From Clostridium sp. (lineage in GTDB: Bacteria; Bacillota; Clostridia; Clostridiales; Clostridiaceae): 64,000 bases of DNA. The notes below the pieces were generated by a model, which made no database searches, had not been told where the DNA came from, and saw only the letters and a program-made list of their open reading frames with translations. The stretch's first letter is position 1; each line of letters opens with the position of its first letter. The DNA lies in the NCBI RefSeq assembly GCF_051656525.1, contig NZ_JBOGCC010000278.1, forward strand, positions 22,112-86,111. Reading direction: 5' to 3'. Positions 1-9,985 of the stretch are shown here, piece after piece. Made by a program: the position numbers and the translations under genes.

Positions 1-1190
1 GCACGAACAGCATCGACCATACGGTCATGACGTTCACCGATTTCTGACTCAGTGCATCCGCCAACAGTGATGAATACGCGACGACCTAAGACGAAGCGCA
101 AGATCTCATCATGTTGCACGTAACGTGTAGTCCCGATTGGGAAGTTGTTACGCATGTTGCGGATTGTTGTTGCAACCGCTTCTTCATCGAAGATATCCTT
201 ATTAGGATTGATGATCACATAATCATCATCGAATTCTACAGCGTCAACGCTACCGAATTCCATGGTTTCATAGCCATGCTCATATACTGGACATCCGAAC
301 ATCGCTACCATCGCATCGATATATACTTGACGTACGGTACCGACGCCAGGGCATGGTGCAATTACAATCGGTGAGTTGCGATCGCGACGTTGGTTAATTG
401 AAGTTACTTTCTCTTCCAAGCCATCACGCAGATGGTGGGCGAATACGATAACTGCACATTCTGGAGATTGAGCATTGATAATATCCAGAGTTGTGGATTC
501 AACATAACCATTCACGATTGCTACTGCTGGCTTACCGAAGAAAGTAGCAGCACGGCCACGTGCTAACGCATCCACGGTTAAAGCGCGTCCAGACACCACA
601 CAGCCTTCGCGGATTGTAAGGATATCATCTTCACCACGAGACTTGTAAACGTCAATACGGCCACCACGTGCAGCCTCATAGGCTTTCATTGCAATATCTG
701 CAATCGTGGTGTCACCGTTACCAGATACCAGTGCTACTTGGCGAACTGTATCAGCTGTAACTTTGAAACCAGCGGTAATACGAATCAGTTCGGCTTCTAA
801 CCATTCACGCATCTCCTTCAAACGCTCACGTACGTGAACTGTCAACATACCAGATTCACGCATCTTCATTGCTGCCACTGTAGCGTGGCGTCCCAGAACG
901 ATAGTGGTGGTGGTACCATCACCAGATTTATCGTCAGCTTGCTTAGAAGCTTGCAGGATCAGTTTTGCACCCAGTTGCTCCAATGGGTCAGCCAGATCAA
1001 TACTGCGTGCAACGGTTACACCGTCTTTAGTAACAGTAGGTGCCAGTTCTTTTTGCACTGGCAACTCGATAACTACAGTGTGGGCATATACGCCCAAAGT
1101 GGAGCTCACTGCGTTATAGACTTTGTCAGCACCTTCGAACACTTTGTCCATTGCTACTTTACCGAAGTGCAGATCTTTAGGCTTGTACAT
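1..1190 (-). CDS. groEL: GroEL-like chaperonin (5' part; runs off the left edge; not in ORF track)
   Basis: Manual translation from ATG at 1190 (GGAG SD) is stop-free to the edge: MYKPKDLHFGK...TVTKDGVTVARSIDLADPLEQLGAKLI...SGDGTTT...VGGCTESEIGERHDRMVDAVR. This matches the GroEL TKDG, GDGTTT and E..E...R..DA motifs. Confidence 0.95.
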   Translation of the reverse strand, partial: MYKPKDLHFGKVAMDKVFEGADKVYNAVSSTLGVYAHTVVIELPVQKELAPTVTKDGVTVARSIDLADPLEQLGAKLILQASKQADDKSGDGTTTTIVLGRHATVAAMKMRESGMLTVHVRERLKEMREWLEAELIRITAGFKVTADTVRQVALVSGNGDTTIADIAMKAYEAARGGRIDVYKSRGEDDILTIREGCVVSGRALTVDALARGRAATFFGKPAVAIVNGYVESTTLDIINAQSPECAVIVFAHHLRDGLEEKVTSINQRRDRNSPIVIAPCPGVGTVRQVYIDAMVAMFGCPVYEHGYETMEFGSVDAVEFDDDYVIINPNKDIFDEEAVATTIRNMRNNFPIGTTRYVQHDEILRFVLGRRVFITVGGCTESEIGERHDRMVDAVR

Positions 1191-1235
1191 CTCATTATCT
1201 CCGTTATAAATATACGATGGTGGAACTTCACACTG

Positions 1236-1245
1236 ATAATATATG
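1236..1245 (-). promoter_or_regulatory. Putative phage early (vRNAP) promoter CATATATTAT upstream of groEL
   Basis: Exact 10-mer recurring upstream of five minus-strand genes; resembles the phiKZ early TATTAC element. Confidence 0.65.
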
Positions 1246-1259
1246 TTCGTATTATTTTA

Positions 1260-1281
1260 CAGGAGAGGTCTCCCTCTCCTG
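1260..1281. terminator. Hairpin / probable terminator between the 283-aa gene and groEL
   Basis: caggagagg-tctc-cctctcctg, 9-bp perfect stem; no clear minus-strand U tract. Confidence 0.55.
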
Positions 1282-1288
1282 TTTATCA

Positions 1289-2140
1289 TCAGTCGATTTT
1301 AACTGGGCGAATCGCTACAGGGTCAATCGAATAAACAACCCATGCAGAATGCTCTGGGTGATACTTACGCATAGTACCGGTACCAGTCGATGGATTGTAG
1401 TCCAGCTCAAACTGTGAGTTTGCAGAGAAGTGGATATCTTTGGTGTTGATATCCAATACGTCTGCTGTACGGCGTAAATTACCGCCAGACATTACTGGGC
1501 CAGGAACAAACTGGTTGAATGCAATCATGTCATCGCAAATAACGATTGGCCATGCAGTCAGCAGCTCTTCTTCGGCATCAGTACCGATTTCCAGCTTGCG
1601 TGAAATAACCAGATGGTCTGTACGATGGATGTCTTCGTACTGTGCACCCATTACCGGAAGGATTGAAATCACTTCTACGTGATCTGTATCCATTTCACAG
1701 AACATTTCGTTGTTGATGAATGGCTCAACACGCAGTTCTTTTTCATGCGCAATCTGTGCAGCACGGCACAGCATAAGCAGCGTACTGTTTGGATACTTCT
1801 TGGAATCCAGCGCGTTATAGCCGGCCTTGAAGATATCGAACTTACGCTTCATTACATTAATGCGACGCACAGCATCATCAGAACCGTCGACTACTGCATA
1901 TTCGCCAGACGCAACTTCTTCCCAGTTCACTTCGCCCGGTGTAACTGTACGTACTGAGAAGCTGATACGCCATGTACGGCTTTCTGGACCATCTACACAT
2001 TCACGACGTACGCGTAAAGCGCCGCAGTAGTCTTCGGGGAATGTATCTTCGCCAATATATGTCAGGGTTAACTTAATTGCTTCAAAGCCAGCACGGTCAA
2101 TTTCACGTGCGACAAATTCATTGTATTTCAAAGGTTCCAC
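1289..2140 (-). CDS. Hypothetical protein (283 aa)
   Basis: Long ORF, GTG start with GAGG SD, no recognisable motif. Confidence 0.8.
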   Translation of the reverse strand: MEPLKYNEFVAREIDRAGFEAIKLTLTYIGEDTFPEDYCGALRVRRECVDGPESRTWRISFSVRTVTPGEVNWEEVASGEYAVVDGSDDAVRRINVMKRKFDIFKAGYNALDSKKYPNSTLLMLCRAAQIAHEKELRVEPFINNEMFCEMDTDHVEVISILPVMGAQYEDIHRTDHLVISRKLEIGTDAEEELLTAWPIVICDDMIAFNQFVPGPVMSGGNLRRTADVLDINTKDIHFSANSQFELDYNPSTGTGTMRKYHPEHSAWVVYSIDPVAIRPVKID

Positions 2141-2197
2141 TTTTGTTTTCCTCAGTGATGTGGTTTCTCTACATTATAAGTTTAACGTATTGATTTT

Positions 2198-3517
2198 TTA
2201 CTGTCTTGGCTGACGCTTAAGAAACAGTTTCATCATTACGTTTTCCTGATGGATCTTTTCAACTACACCCCTCTCAGGAATACTGGAGAAACTTTGTGCT
2301 GCTATCAACGTACCGTATAATGTGCGGATACGTTTCTCATCCTGAGTAATGAATGTAATAGCTGCGCCGGGTTTAAGTTTTGTGATATCGCCGTGTTCCC
2401 AAACGATCTCCACGATATCACCAGACTTGGCTGCCAGTAATGACGCCATATATGTTTCGTTAGAGATAAATGCTTCGTTAGGGACAATGATGTTCCGTTC
2501 ACGACCATTGTAATTATCCGTATCGTATTCGACCAGATATTTCTCAGCCCCAGACGTAATACCCTCTGCTACGTTAGACGTACCGCCTAACAGTGTAGAT
2601 GATTTACCATACATCGTACCAGTAGCACCATTCAGTGAATCAGAGTCACTGAAATTCGAGTGACCGGTGGTTCCTGACGCCAGTATAGTTAATGTAGTAC
2701 CTTCCTGTCGGAAAGTGTTCTTAACGCTACTGTATCGGTTTGGCGGAGCATTAAGGATAACAATACGATGATTCTTTGTCATGTCTCCTTCTGAGCACAC
2801 ACCGTACGGTGGGAATATATACCAGACGCGATCTTTCATAAAACAAGAACAGCCCTGATTGTATATACCTACTTGCTGGTGGATTAGATTAGCCACACTC
2901 TTAACGTATGTACCGTCACGTACGACAATATCTTTAAGGCCCTTATGATAGCCTTCAGTAATATCGAAACCTGCTACTGCATCAGACATGCCGTATTCAT
3001 CAGTTAGGTTGTGCTCACTCAATAATGAAATCAGAGCTTCGATTGGAACGGTCTTATTGAAGATACTGCCGGTCTGCGCTAATCGCATATCGAATGTTGC
3101 ATGATCAATACACTGGAACGTTACTGGCACTAGAGATATATGATCCAGCTCACGAATATCTGCGGAACGACTATCGTTGTTCATTAGCTTAGGATCGACG
3201 TTATCAGACAACACCAATCGATACTTATACGACAATCGTACTTTACCGTAGATGTCTTTAGCTATCAGTGTACCTTCTAATCTGTTTGCGCCAGGCAATA
3301 TCAGATTAGTTACCTCAGACGGCTTAAACAATGCAGTAACTAATATTGAACTGAATGCATCATCGAGATAGTTCTCAGTGATGTCTTTTGATGAGATCAT
3401 ATTACTTACAATACGTGCGCTACCGATGTTGATAACTAACTCCCACTGTTTACGTGGGATTTCACGCATTGTTCTGATGTTCTCATCGATTATAATTTCG
3501 ATGGCTGCTCTTGACAT
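2198..3517 (-). CDS. Virion structural protein, possible baseplate hub (phiKZ gp101-like)
   Basis: 439-aa beta-rich ORF at the end of the virion block; size and synteny. Confidence 0.6.
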   Translation of the reverse strand: MSRAAIEIIIDENIRTMREIPRKQWELVINIGSARIVSNMISSKDITENYLDDAFSSILVTALFKPSEVTNLILPGANRLEGTLIAKDIYGKVRLSYKYRLVLSDNVDPKLMNNDSRSADIRELDHISLVPVTFQCIDHATFDMRLAQTGSIFNKTVPIEALISLLSEHNLTDEYGMSDAVAGFDITEGYHKGLKDIVVRDGTYVKSVANLIHQQVGIYNQGCSCFMKDRVWYIFPPYGVCSEGDMTKNHRIVILNAPPNRYSSVKNTFRQEGTTLTILASGTTGHSNFSDSDSLNGATGTMYGKSSTLLGGTSNVAEGITSGAEKYLVEYDTDNYNGRERNIIVPNEAFISNETYMASLLAAKSGDIVEIVWEHGDITKLKPGAAITFITQDEKRIRTLYGTLIAAQSFSSIPERGVVEKIHQENVMMKLFLKRQPRQ

Positions 3518-4121
3518 ATGTACGTTCTCCTTCTACTTTAGCGCCTTGGCGTTTCAAGTCAGCGTCACGATACTTGCGCACATCGATACCACGAGCTGCA
3601 CAGTGTTCGAGTATGTCTAACCAAATATCACCGTTAAATTGGAATCGGAACGGGTTATGGTGCTTGTTAGTACCTTTACGATACAAAGCCATAATGTCCC
3701 ACATATGTGTGCCTCTACGATACTTATCAGCCAGACCGTGCTCACGTGCAATCTTATAAATAAGCTTTGCGAATACGTGAAACTGATGCAGTCCCTCTAT
3801 AGGTACACGTGCGATTAGTGGACCATCAGCTAAGAAGTCTCTCCAGTCTCCCAAGTGACCCATAATATCATCATACACCTTAACTGTATCAGTAGCATCG
3901 TGAAATCTGATATCAATACCGTCAGCTGCCCATGATGCAAGGTATGCTGGTGACAAATGATCTTGTATTCTATCGCGTAGCATTGCGTTCGCCACATCTT
4001 TATCGGGATGCTGATGCATCCCGAACTTCTTGATGTACTCTGGCTCGTAATAGTCGCATGCTGGGATAGATACCAAATAATACCGATGGAATAATCGATC
4101 GGCATAAGTATCTATAACCAT
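3483..4121 (-). CDS. Conserved hypothetical/virion-associated protein (phiKZ gp100-like)
   Basis: 212-aa ORF overlapping both neighbours; synteny. Confidence 0.55.
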   Translation of the reverse strand: MVIDTYADRLFHRYYLVSIPACDYYEPEYIKKFGMHQHPDKDVANAMLRDRIQDHLSPAYLASWAADGIDIRFHDATDTVKVYDDIMGHLGDWRDFLADGPLIARVPIEGLHQFHVFAKLIYKIAREHGLADKYRRGTHMWDIMALYRKGTNKHHNPFRFQFNGDIWLDILEHCAARGIDVRKYRDADLKRQGAKVEGERTYVKSSHRNYNR

Positions 4122-5455
4122 ATTGGTTTTCTCCGCGTTGATGAAATGATTGTAATCAGAATCGGCGTTAGATAGAACCGTCTGATGTACTCCATGGTAG
4201 GGATAGCCTTGGCTAAATCAATTAGCTTATTAACGTTCACAGGATCTGATTTGAGCATCGATGCTAATAAACGCTCAATAGTACACATCTTTTCAACATC
4301 GCCGCTGTAGAACGCTTCTGAGAGCACATATGTGCTACGACCAATCACTGGGAAGTCTTCTGATTCCTCTTGGCTACCATAATCTACTGTGGTAGGATAA
4401 AGTCGATTGGTATCCGTATTTTCGTAAGGGCCTTTCACGATTGGGTACATAACTACTGCATAAGGCGAGTACGTAATATTACGCATTCTAGCATGTACGT
4501 TAAATTGCTTCACAGGATACGGTCTAACGTCACGAGTGACGTATCTTAGACTTTCATAGCCTTCTTGCTTTAAAAGCCACCAGAGTGTCTTACAGCGCGT
4601 TAAATCGAGTGCTCCGACACCCCATGTGGTTGCAGGCCTTTGGACATCTTCTAATCCGATATATCTGATATAATCAGAGATTAAAGGATCGAATACGGTA
4701 GAACCGTCTGCTGTGGGCATACGGAAAGAGAAACGAGCTTGGTCCCAGAACGTGTCTAAGTAGTCACGATGTAAATCATCTAGGATTTCTCCGAGCGTCT
4801 CGTATTTCTTTTTCGTGTCTTCATCTAAGAACGGCGTATTAAAATAGTCAAACAAAGACTCATCATAATACATGGTCCTGATTGACTTGGCTTCTAAGTT
4901 CTGTAGCATCTCCATATTGTCGATGCCAACTAACTTATAGTCCACACGGTATGCTGAGAACTTGAGATGACTTAGTTTCTCGACATCGGTGATCGTAAAG
5001 ATACCTGTAGATGCGCCACCAGCATCTGCTACAAACATATCGTACTTGTTAGGCGGCATAACATAATACATGTCAGCGCTACCTACAAGATTAAACTCTT
5101 TCGAGTCTGTATCTTGAGACGATGGATTGAGCGGTGATGTAACCCGAAGGATCATATCACGATAGCAATGATATTGCTGGTTAACTGGATTAGCTTTTAA
5201 ATCCAGCGGACGTAACGTATCATCCTTTCCGACAACGCTGCTATAGTAGACCGCTTTCATCGGGGCACCAGATAAGTGTGGCGCTAATCGAGAATGATCC
5301 AAGTACGTGGAATCCACAACAGCTGTTCGCTCAGGGCGTAATACTACCGTGGGTTTAAACTCCGTGGTGCCTTCAAGGTTCTTTCGCTCGCCAGTATTAA
5401 CACTAACAATTGTATCACCTTGTTTTACCACTTTAGCTTCGCGGCGACCGATCAT
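4112..5455 (-). CDS. Virion structural protein (phiKZ gp99-like)
   Basis: 447-aa ORF coupled to neighbours; synteny. Confidence 0.6.
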   Translation of the reverse strand: MIGRREAKVVKQGDTIVSVNTGERKNLEGTTEFKPTVVLRPERTAVVDSTYLDHSRLAPHLSGAPMKAVYYSSVVGKDDTLRPLDLKANPVNQQYHCYRDMILRVTSPLNPSSQDTDSKEFNLVGSADMYYVMPPNKYDMFVADAGGASTGIFTITDVEKLSHLKFSAYRVDYKLVGIDNMEMLQNLEAKSIRTMYYDESLFDYFNTPFLDEDTKKKYETLGEILDDLHRDYLDTFWDQARFSFRMPTADGSTVFDPLISDYIRYIGLEDVQRPATTWGVGALDLTRCKTLWWLLKQEGYESLRYVTRDVRPYPVKQFNVHARMRNITYSPYAVVMYPIVKGPYENTDTNRLYPTTVDYGSQEESEDFPVIGRSTYVLSEAFYSGDVEKMCTIERLLASMLKSDPVNVNKLIDLAKAIPTMEYIRRFYLTPILITIISSTRRKPIWL

Positions 5456-7221
5456 TAATCTTGTCTCCTAACAATAATCGAGCTGAGATGTATCTGTTTG
5501 GTTTTCGGTACGTCATCTAACTTACCGATCTCATCGATAATGTCATCCCAACCGGGCCAATCTGGATTAAAGTCAACATCTACGCTACCATCTGGATGCA
5601 CAATTGACTTATCGCGAGTAATCCCATCAATCTCCCACCAGTGTACGTAATCGTCTGGCCATTTTGGTTTAACGTACTGGTCGTTCCATGGGAAGATATC
5701 TGGGTAGTAGCTATTACGGTTATCGCCAGTTAAAACTGGATACAGACCACCGCCTGCAATATTGTCATTTGGTTCCCACCCAGGGAATAACCATGGGTAT
5801 TCGATACAGATAATCGGATGGAACTCGGTAACGTACTTTAAGAACCAGCCAATGTTACTTGCAATCGATAAACGTCCGTATGGTGTTGTCTTATCCGTGG
5901 ATGTATCAATCGTAATTACGAAACGGTATTCCTCGGTTAGGTCAACATCAATGCCCTTAACCCAAACGTTCAAATCTTGGTCGATATGAATCGCTTTATA
6001 GAGTGGTCTACGGAATGCATAGATATATGCCTTGAACAACGAGTCTCCGCCAGTTGGATCTTTGGCATACGACATACGGATATAGTCTAATGTCTCTTTG
6101 GTAAACTCGATTTCTTCGAAGTCTGCCAGATTGCATATAAACTTATCTGTTGCTGCTGACAAATCAGGTTGTTCTGCTGGCAGTATCTCACCGAACTCTA
6201 GGAATGCTACGATCACTTCTTTTTCAGTAGGAGATCTGTGCTCTGTCATAAAGGTCGGCATACCAACAGGTGGTGTTACTATTGGCAATGGTATGTATTC
6301 ATGGTGTGTGGTAAACTTATCTTGAGCATATACCATATCATCTTTCTGATAGCTCTCGATATTTACAGTTGCTGGTAACTCAGTTACATGCCAGAGGAAC
6401 TCAGGAATGATTGAGTTATTCACAGTACATGGATAATCGATTGCCATACCTTCTGGCCAACCGATGTTAAACTTATATGATACTCGTGCTGTATACGTGG
6501 CATTGGTTTCGTCTTTGTCAGCACGGATTTCACCAAGCCCTTCCATGATTACGTTAATACGACCTAACGTACAACGAACAACCATGCAATCTGCACTGCC
6601 GGTATCTGTTGTTGTGGTCGTTACGTTTTTATGCATTATCCGTTTCAGATATTCATCGAATGTCTCTGTCGGAGTAACGCGTTTAGCGCCTGTTAAGTAC
6701 ATTGCCTTGGCAACTGTAATAACTTCATCAGGCACTACGTAAAAGAATGTAGCTTCTGTCTCGAATACGTCACCATACATAGCTGTACGGCGATGCATTG
6801 TGTTAAGCCACTCAGATGCAGCCCCACGTGATTGGAACCGTACAGACATATTTACAGTTACGTTATGTCTAGCATGCGCTGGCGTTGCACGAATACCAAC
6901 TACTGGGTCGTGTAGTATTGGCAATTCAAACTTATAGCCGATTGCACGGTCTATCAGGTTGAATGTATCTCGTTGTTCCTCTATCTCTACTGAGATGCGT
7001 TGTTCTGTACCAAATGCGACTTTGGTTGCTTCACCAATCTGTGTATTTGGCTGTGCTTTGTTATCATCGAAGTCTGTGAAGTGTAAGTAATCAGAATCTA
7101 TGCCTAGTTGCACTAGGGTATTCTGGACTACGCTCAACATACTTGCACGTCTTACAGTGTTACCGTGGTCTGGAATCTCTACAAATATTTTTGGCATGGT
7201 CTGAACCTCCAAATGAAACAA
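5455..7221 (-). CDS. Virion structural protein (phiKZ gp98-like)
   Basis: 588-aa ORF with GGAGG upstream; synteny. Confidence 0.6.
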   Translation of the reverse strand: MFHLEVQTMPKIFVEIPDHGNTVRRASMLSVVQNTLVQLGIDSDYLHFTDFDDNKAQPNTQIGEATKVAFGTEQRISVEIEEQRDTFNLIDRAIGYKFELPILHDPVVGIRATPAHARHNVTVNMSVRFQSRGAASEWLNTMHRRTAMYGDVFETEATFFYVVPDEVITVAKAMYLTGAKRVTPTETFDEYLKRIMHKNVTTTTTDTGSADCMVVRCTLGRINVIMEGLGEIRADKDETNATYTARVSYKFNIGWPEGMAIDYPCTVNNSIIPEFLWHVTELPATVNIESYQKDDMVYAQDKFTTHHEYIPLPIVTPPVGMPTFMTEHRSPTEKEVIVAFLEFGEILPAEQPDLSAATDKFICNLADFEEIEFTKETLDYIRMSYAKDPTGGDSLFKAYIYAFRRPLYKAIHIDQDLNVWVKGIDVDLTEEYRFVITIDTSTDKTTPYGRLSIASNIGWFLKYVTEFHPIICIEYPWLFPGWEPNDNIAGGGLYPVLTGDNRNSYYPDIFPWNDQYVKPKWPDDYVHWWEIDGITRDKSIVHPDGSVDVDFNPDWPGWDDIIDEIGKLDDVPKTKQIHLSSIIVRRQD

Positions 7222-7231
7222 AAAGGCAAAG

Positions 7232-7255
7232 CAGGAGGGGCCGAAGCCCCTCCTG
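7232..7255 (-). terminator. Rho-independent terminator
   Basis: 10-bp stem caggaggggc/gcccctcctg, UUCG loop on minus strand, followed by a U-rich tract. Confidence 0.85.
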
Positions 7256-7267
7256 TGGTTTTGCTAA

Positions 7268-8575
7268 TTAATCATCAACGGTATACTTCTTCAGGGAAGC
7301 TTGTACAACGCTGATGTTGGCTTGGATGTACGCAGTCGCAGACTTACGGTAGATCACATCCATTTCGACAGCGTTTTCGAAGTTTGCTTTCGCAACTTCT
7401 ACCGCTTTACGCTTGTCAACCAGCTTAGACGAGTCAACATCTTTCTTATCGAAAGCTTTGCCGAACTGATCTTTCGCTTTGGAGATCTTGGTTTTCAGTT
7501 TCTCCATCTCAGTCACAGTCTTGCGACGCTTCTGATAGTACTGGTTCAGAGAAACTGCCGCATCGAACGCTTTGTCCAGACCGTCAGTCATTTCGGACAC
7601 TTCTGGAACTTCAGGTTCGTGATCTTTATAGGTAGACGCGGTTACGTCAGCCCACTGCCAGCGCTGGTTGCCATCGCCATCAGTGTAGTACAGTACTGCA
7701 CCACCAGGCATTGGAACGATGCGACGACCTTCTTTGTTGGCTGACGCTGGGAACAGCTTAGACAGCTTGGTGTCATTACCGCGAGAGGTAACGATTTCGA
7801 TGTCTGCTGGTTTTGGTGTAGATGCACCGCCGCCGCCGTTTACTGCTTGCTTGGTGATCAGCTCGCCAGCAGCGTCCAGGTACCAACCACATGCAACATC
7901 CAGTGCATTCATCGCAGTAGCGAACTTGTCGGTCTTGGAGATACCGAGGATGGAATTTACTTTATTACCGGTAGCTTCAACCAGTGGCATCAACTGCCAG
8001 CCAGTACCTGCAGCCAGAGTTTCACCCTTCGCTGAACCGCGCAGCTCGCGAACTTTCTTACGCAGTTTTTCGATACGGCCTTTTGCAGACTTACCAACGT
8101 TTACGTATTTGTCCCAGATGGCACGCAGGTCGCTGATACGCTTCAGGATCCATTCGTATACGCGTTTGAACACGCCACCAACAGTATCCATAATGCCTTC
8201 CAGACCCAGGCGAGTCGCATTCAGGCGGCTGGAACCTTGGAAGTTTTCAACACCCAGCTTTTTACGCTTGATGTTCCAGCGATTAGCAATCGCTTCTACC
8301 GCAATTTCGGTAGAACGTGCTGCTGGCTCAGACATACCACCTTCTTCCAGAGAAGCGATAACAACTTCCGCTTGTTCGATAACATCACGCAAGTCTTCTG
8401 CCAGCTGTTCGCCGTCGGCAGTGGCAACAGCTTCGTCAGCTTCGCCTTCTTTGGTTTCAACCAGTTGAGTTTCAACGGATTCTTCAGGACGCTCGGTGAT
8501 TTCACCAGCACCTTCTTCCGCGCTCACTTCATCATCTTCAACGCTTTCAAAACCCAAACGTGTGCGACGTGACAT
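7268..8575 (-). CDS. Internal head/ejection protein, phiKZ gp93-like family, paralog A
   Basis: Acidic propeptide with LGFE/LGVE/LGLE sites, then an amphipathic helix; clearly similar to 8662..9960. Confidence 0.7.
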   Translation of the reverse strand: MSRRTRLGFESVEDDEVSAEEGAGEITERPEESVETQLVETKEGEADEAVATADGEQLAEDLRDVIEQAEVVIASLEEGGMSEPAARSTEIAVEAIANRWNIKRKKLGVENFQGSSRLNATRLGLEGIMDTVGGVFKRVYEWILKRISDLRAIWDKYVNVGKSAKGRIEKLRKKVRELRGSAKGETLAAGTGWQLMPLVEATGNKVNSILGISKTDKFATAMNALDVACGWYLDAAGELITKQAVNGGGGASTPKPADIEIVTSRGNDTKLSKLFPASANKEGRRIVPMPGGAVLYYTDGDGNQRWQWADVTASTYKDHEPEVPEVSEMTDGLDKAFDAAVSLNQYYQKRRKTVTEMEKLKTKISKAKDQFGKAFDKKDVDSSKLVDKRKAVEVAKANFENAVEMDVIYRKSATAYIQANISVVQASLKKYTVDD

Positions 8576-8629
8576 AATTCACTTTTCCTTTAAATTAAAA
8601 AATAAAATCATTTGCCCATAAAAAGGCAA

Positions 8630-8656
8630 TGGCGGTGAGTCAGTCACCCACCGCCA
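8630..8656 (-). terminator. Probable terminator between the two paralogs
   Basis: tggcggtg/caccgcca stem with an A-run on its left side. Confidence 0.6.
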
Positions 8657-8661
8657 GAAGA

Positions 8662-9960
8662 TTAATCTTCGGTGGAGTAGTGCTTCATGGATTCGGTAAC
8701 GTAAGTAGTTACGCCCTGAATCATGTTGACCGCGGTACGGCGATACATGTTTTCCAGCTCGACCGCAGACTCGAACTTCGCTTTGGCCGCGTAAACTTCT
8801 TTACGCTTATCGCTTACCTTGTTAGAATCGACGTTCTTCTTGTCGAACTCTTTGTCGAAGTTACGTTGCTTGCGAGAGATGTCTTCTTTCAGCTTGCGCA
8901 GCTGAGTCTGAACTTTTGACATCTTCTGGTAGTACTGGTCCAGAGCAGATGCGGTATCGAACGCCATGTCCAGCATGTTGGTCATGGCAGAAGTTTCCAG
9001 CACAGGTGCTTGGTAATCTTCTACTTGTTCGACGGTCATTTCTTTATAAGTCAGGCAATCGCAGTCGTCGCCGTCCTTATATGCGATTACAACACCACCG
9101 TAAGTCAGACCGATATGGATACCTTCACGCTTAGCAGAAGGTGGAATCAGAGATGCGAACTTACGCTCACTACCACCGATAGTCCATACCAGCTTGGCAT
9201 TTTCCAACTGACCGATATCGATCTTGGTGCCGTTCAGCTTGATGTTTGGATCGTCGGAAGTCAGTGATGTAGCGGCTTCGTTCAGTTCTGCTGCGATCAT
9301 GCTGTTCAGCGCATCGCCACCATTGTTGAATGCTGCACGATCCAACTTAACCACTTTTTCCAGTGCTGCTTTGGTAGAAGCCAGTTTATAGATCTTCTTA
9401 CCTTCGATCGTTTCATTGGTATCGCGAGTACCGCGCAGGTTCTTAACGCGATCACGCAGTTTTTCGATACGCTTCTTGGCAGACTTACCGGCGTTGGAGA
9501 ACTTCGCCCATGCTTGCTGAATTTGATCGATCTTTTGCAGGATCCATTTCCAAACACGGCTAGCGCCTTCACGAACGGTATCAACGATACCTTCGAATGC
9601 CAGACGAGTTGCATCGCCACGGCCAGAACCTTGGAAGCTCTCGAAGCCCATCTTCTGGCGCTTGATGCCCCAGCGCTTGGCGATAGATTCAACTGCCAGC
9701 TCAGTAGAACGTGCAGCGATTGGATCCAGACCGCCTTCGGCCATAGAGTCTTCAACGTTGCGAGCGTGATCTACCAGAGACACCATGTCGCTACCCAGCT
9801 GATCAAGGTCAACCGCTTCAACCGCATCAGCGATTGTGTCGTCGGCTACTTCGACCAGGTGTGCTTCAACGGTGTCTGATGGATCTTCGACCAGCGCCAG
9901 CTCATCGCTGATTTCAGCGTTGTCATAATCTTCAAAACCTAAACGGATACCACGAGCCAT
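8662..9960 (-). CDS. Internal head/ejection protein, phiKZ gp93-like family, paralog B
   Basis: Start moved to MARG (GAGGA SD); shared motifs with paralog A (AARSTE.AVE.IA.RW.IKR; VSAK.RIEKLR..V..LRG; FDKK.VDS). Confidence 0.7.
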   Translation of the reverse strand: MARGIRLGFEDYDNAEISDELALVEDPSDTVEAHLVEVADDTIADAVEAVDLDQLGSDMVSLVDHARNVEDSMAEGGLDPIAARSTELAVESIAKRWGIKRQKMGFESFQGSGRGDATRLAFEGIVDTVREGASRVWKWILQKIDQIQQAWAKFSNAGKSAKKRIEKLRDRVKNLRGTRDTNETIEGKKIYKLASTKAALEKVVKLDRAAFNNGGDALNSMIAAELNEAATSLTSDDPNIKLNGTKIDIGQLENAKLVWTIGGSERKFASLIPPSAKREGIHIGLTYGGVVIAYKDGDDCDCLTYKEMTVEQVEDYQAPVLETSAMTNMLDMAFDTASALDQYYQKMSKVQTQLRKLKEDISRKQRNFDKEFDKKNVDSNKVSDKRKEVYAAKAKFESAVELENMYRRTAVNMIQGVTTYVTESMKHYSTED

Positions 9961-9985
9961 TGGATATTTCCTCAATTAACGTTAA

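Noticed and set aside
111-1334. Plus-strand ORFs 111..374, 834..1334 and 904..1119
   Set aside because: They are antisense to the groEL frame, which has clear family motifs.
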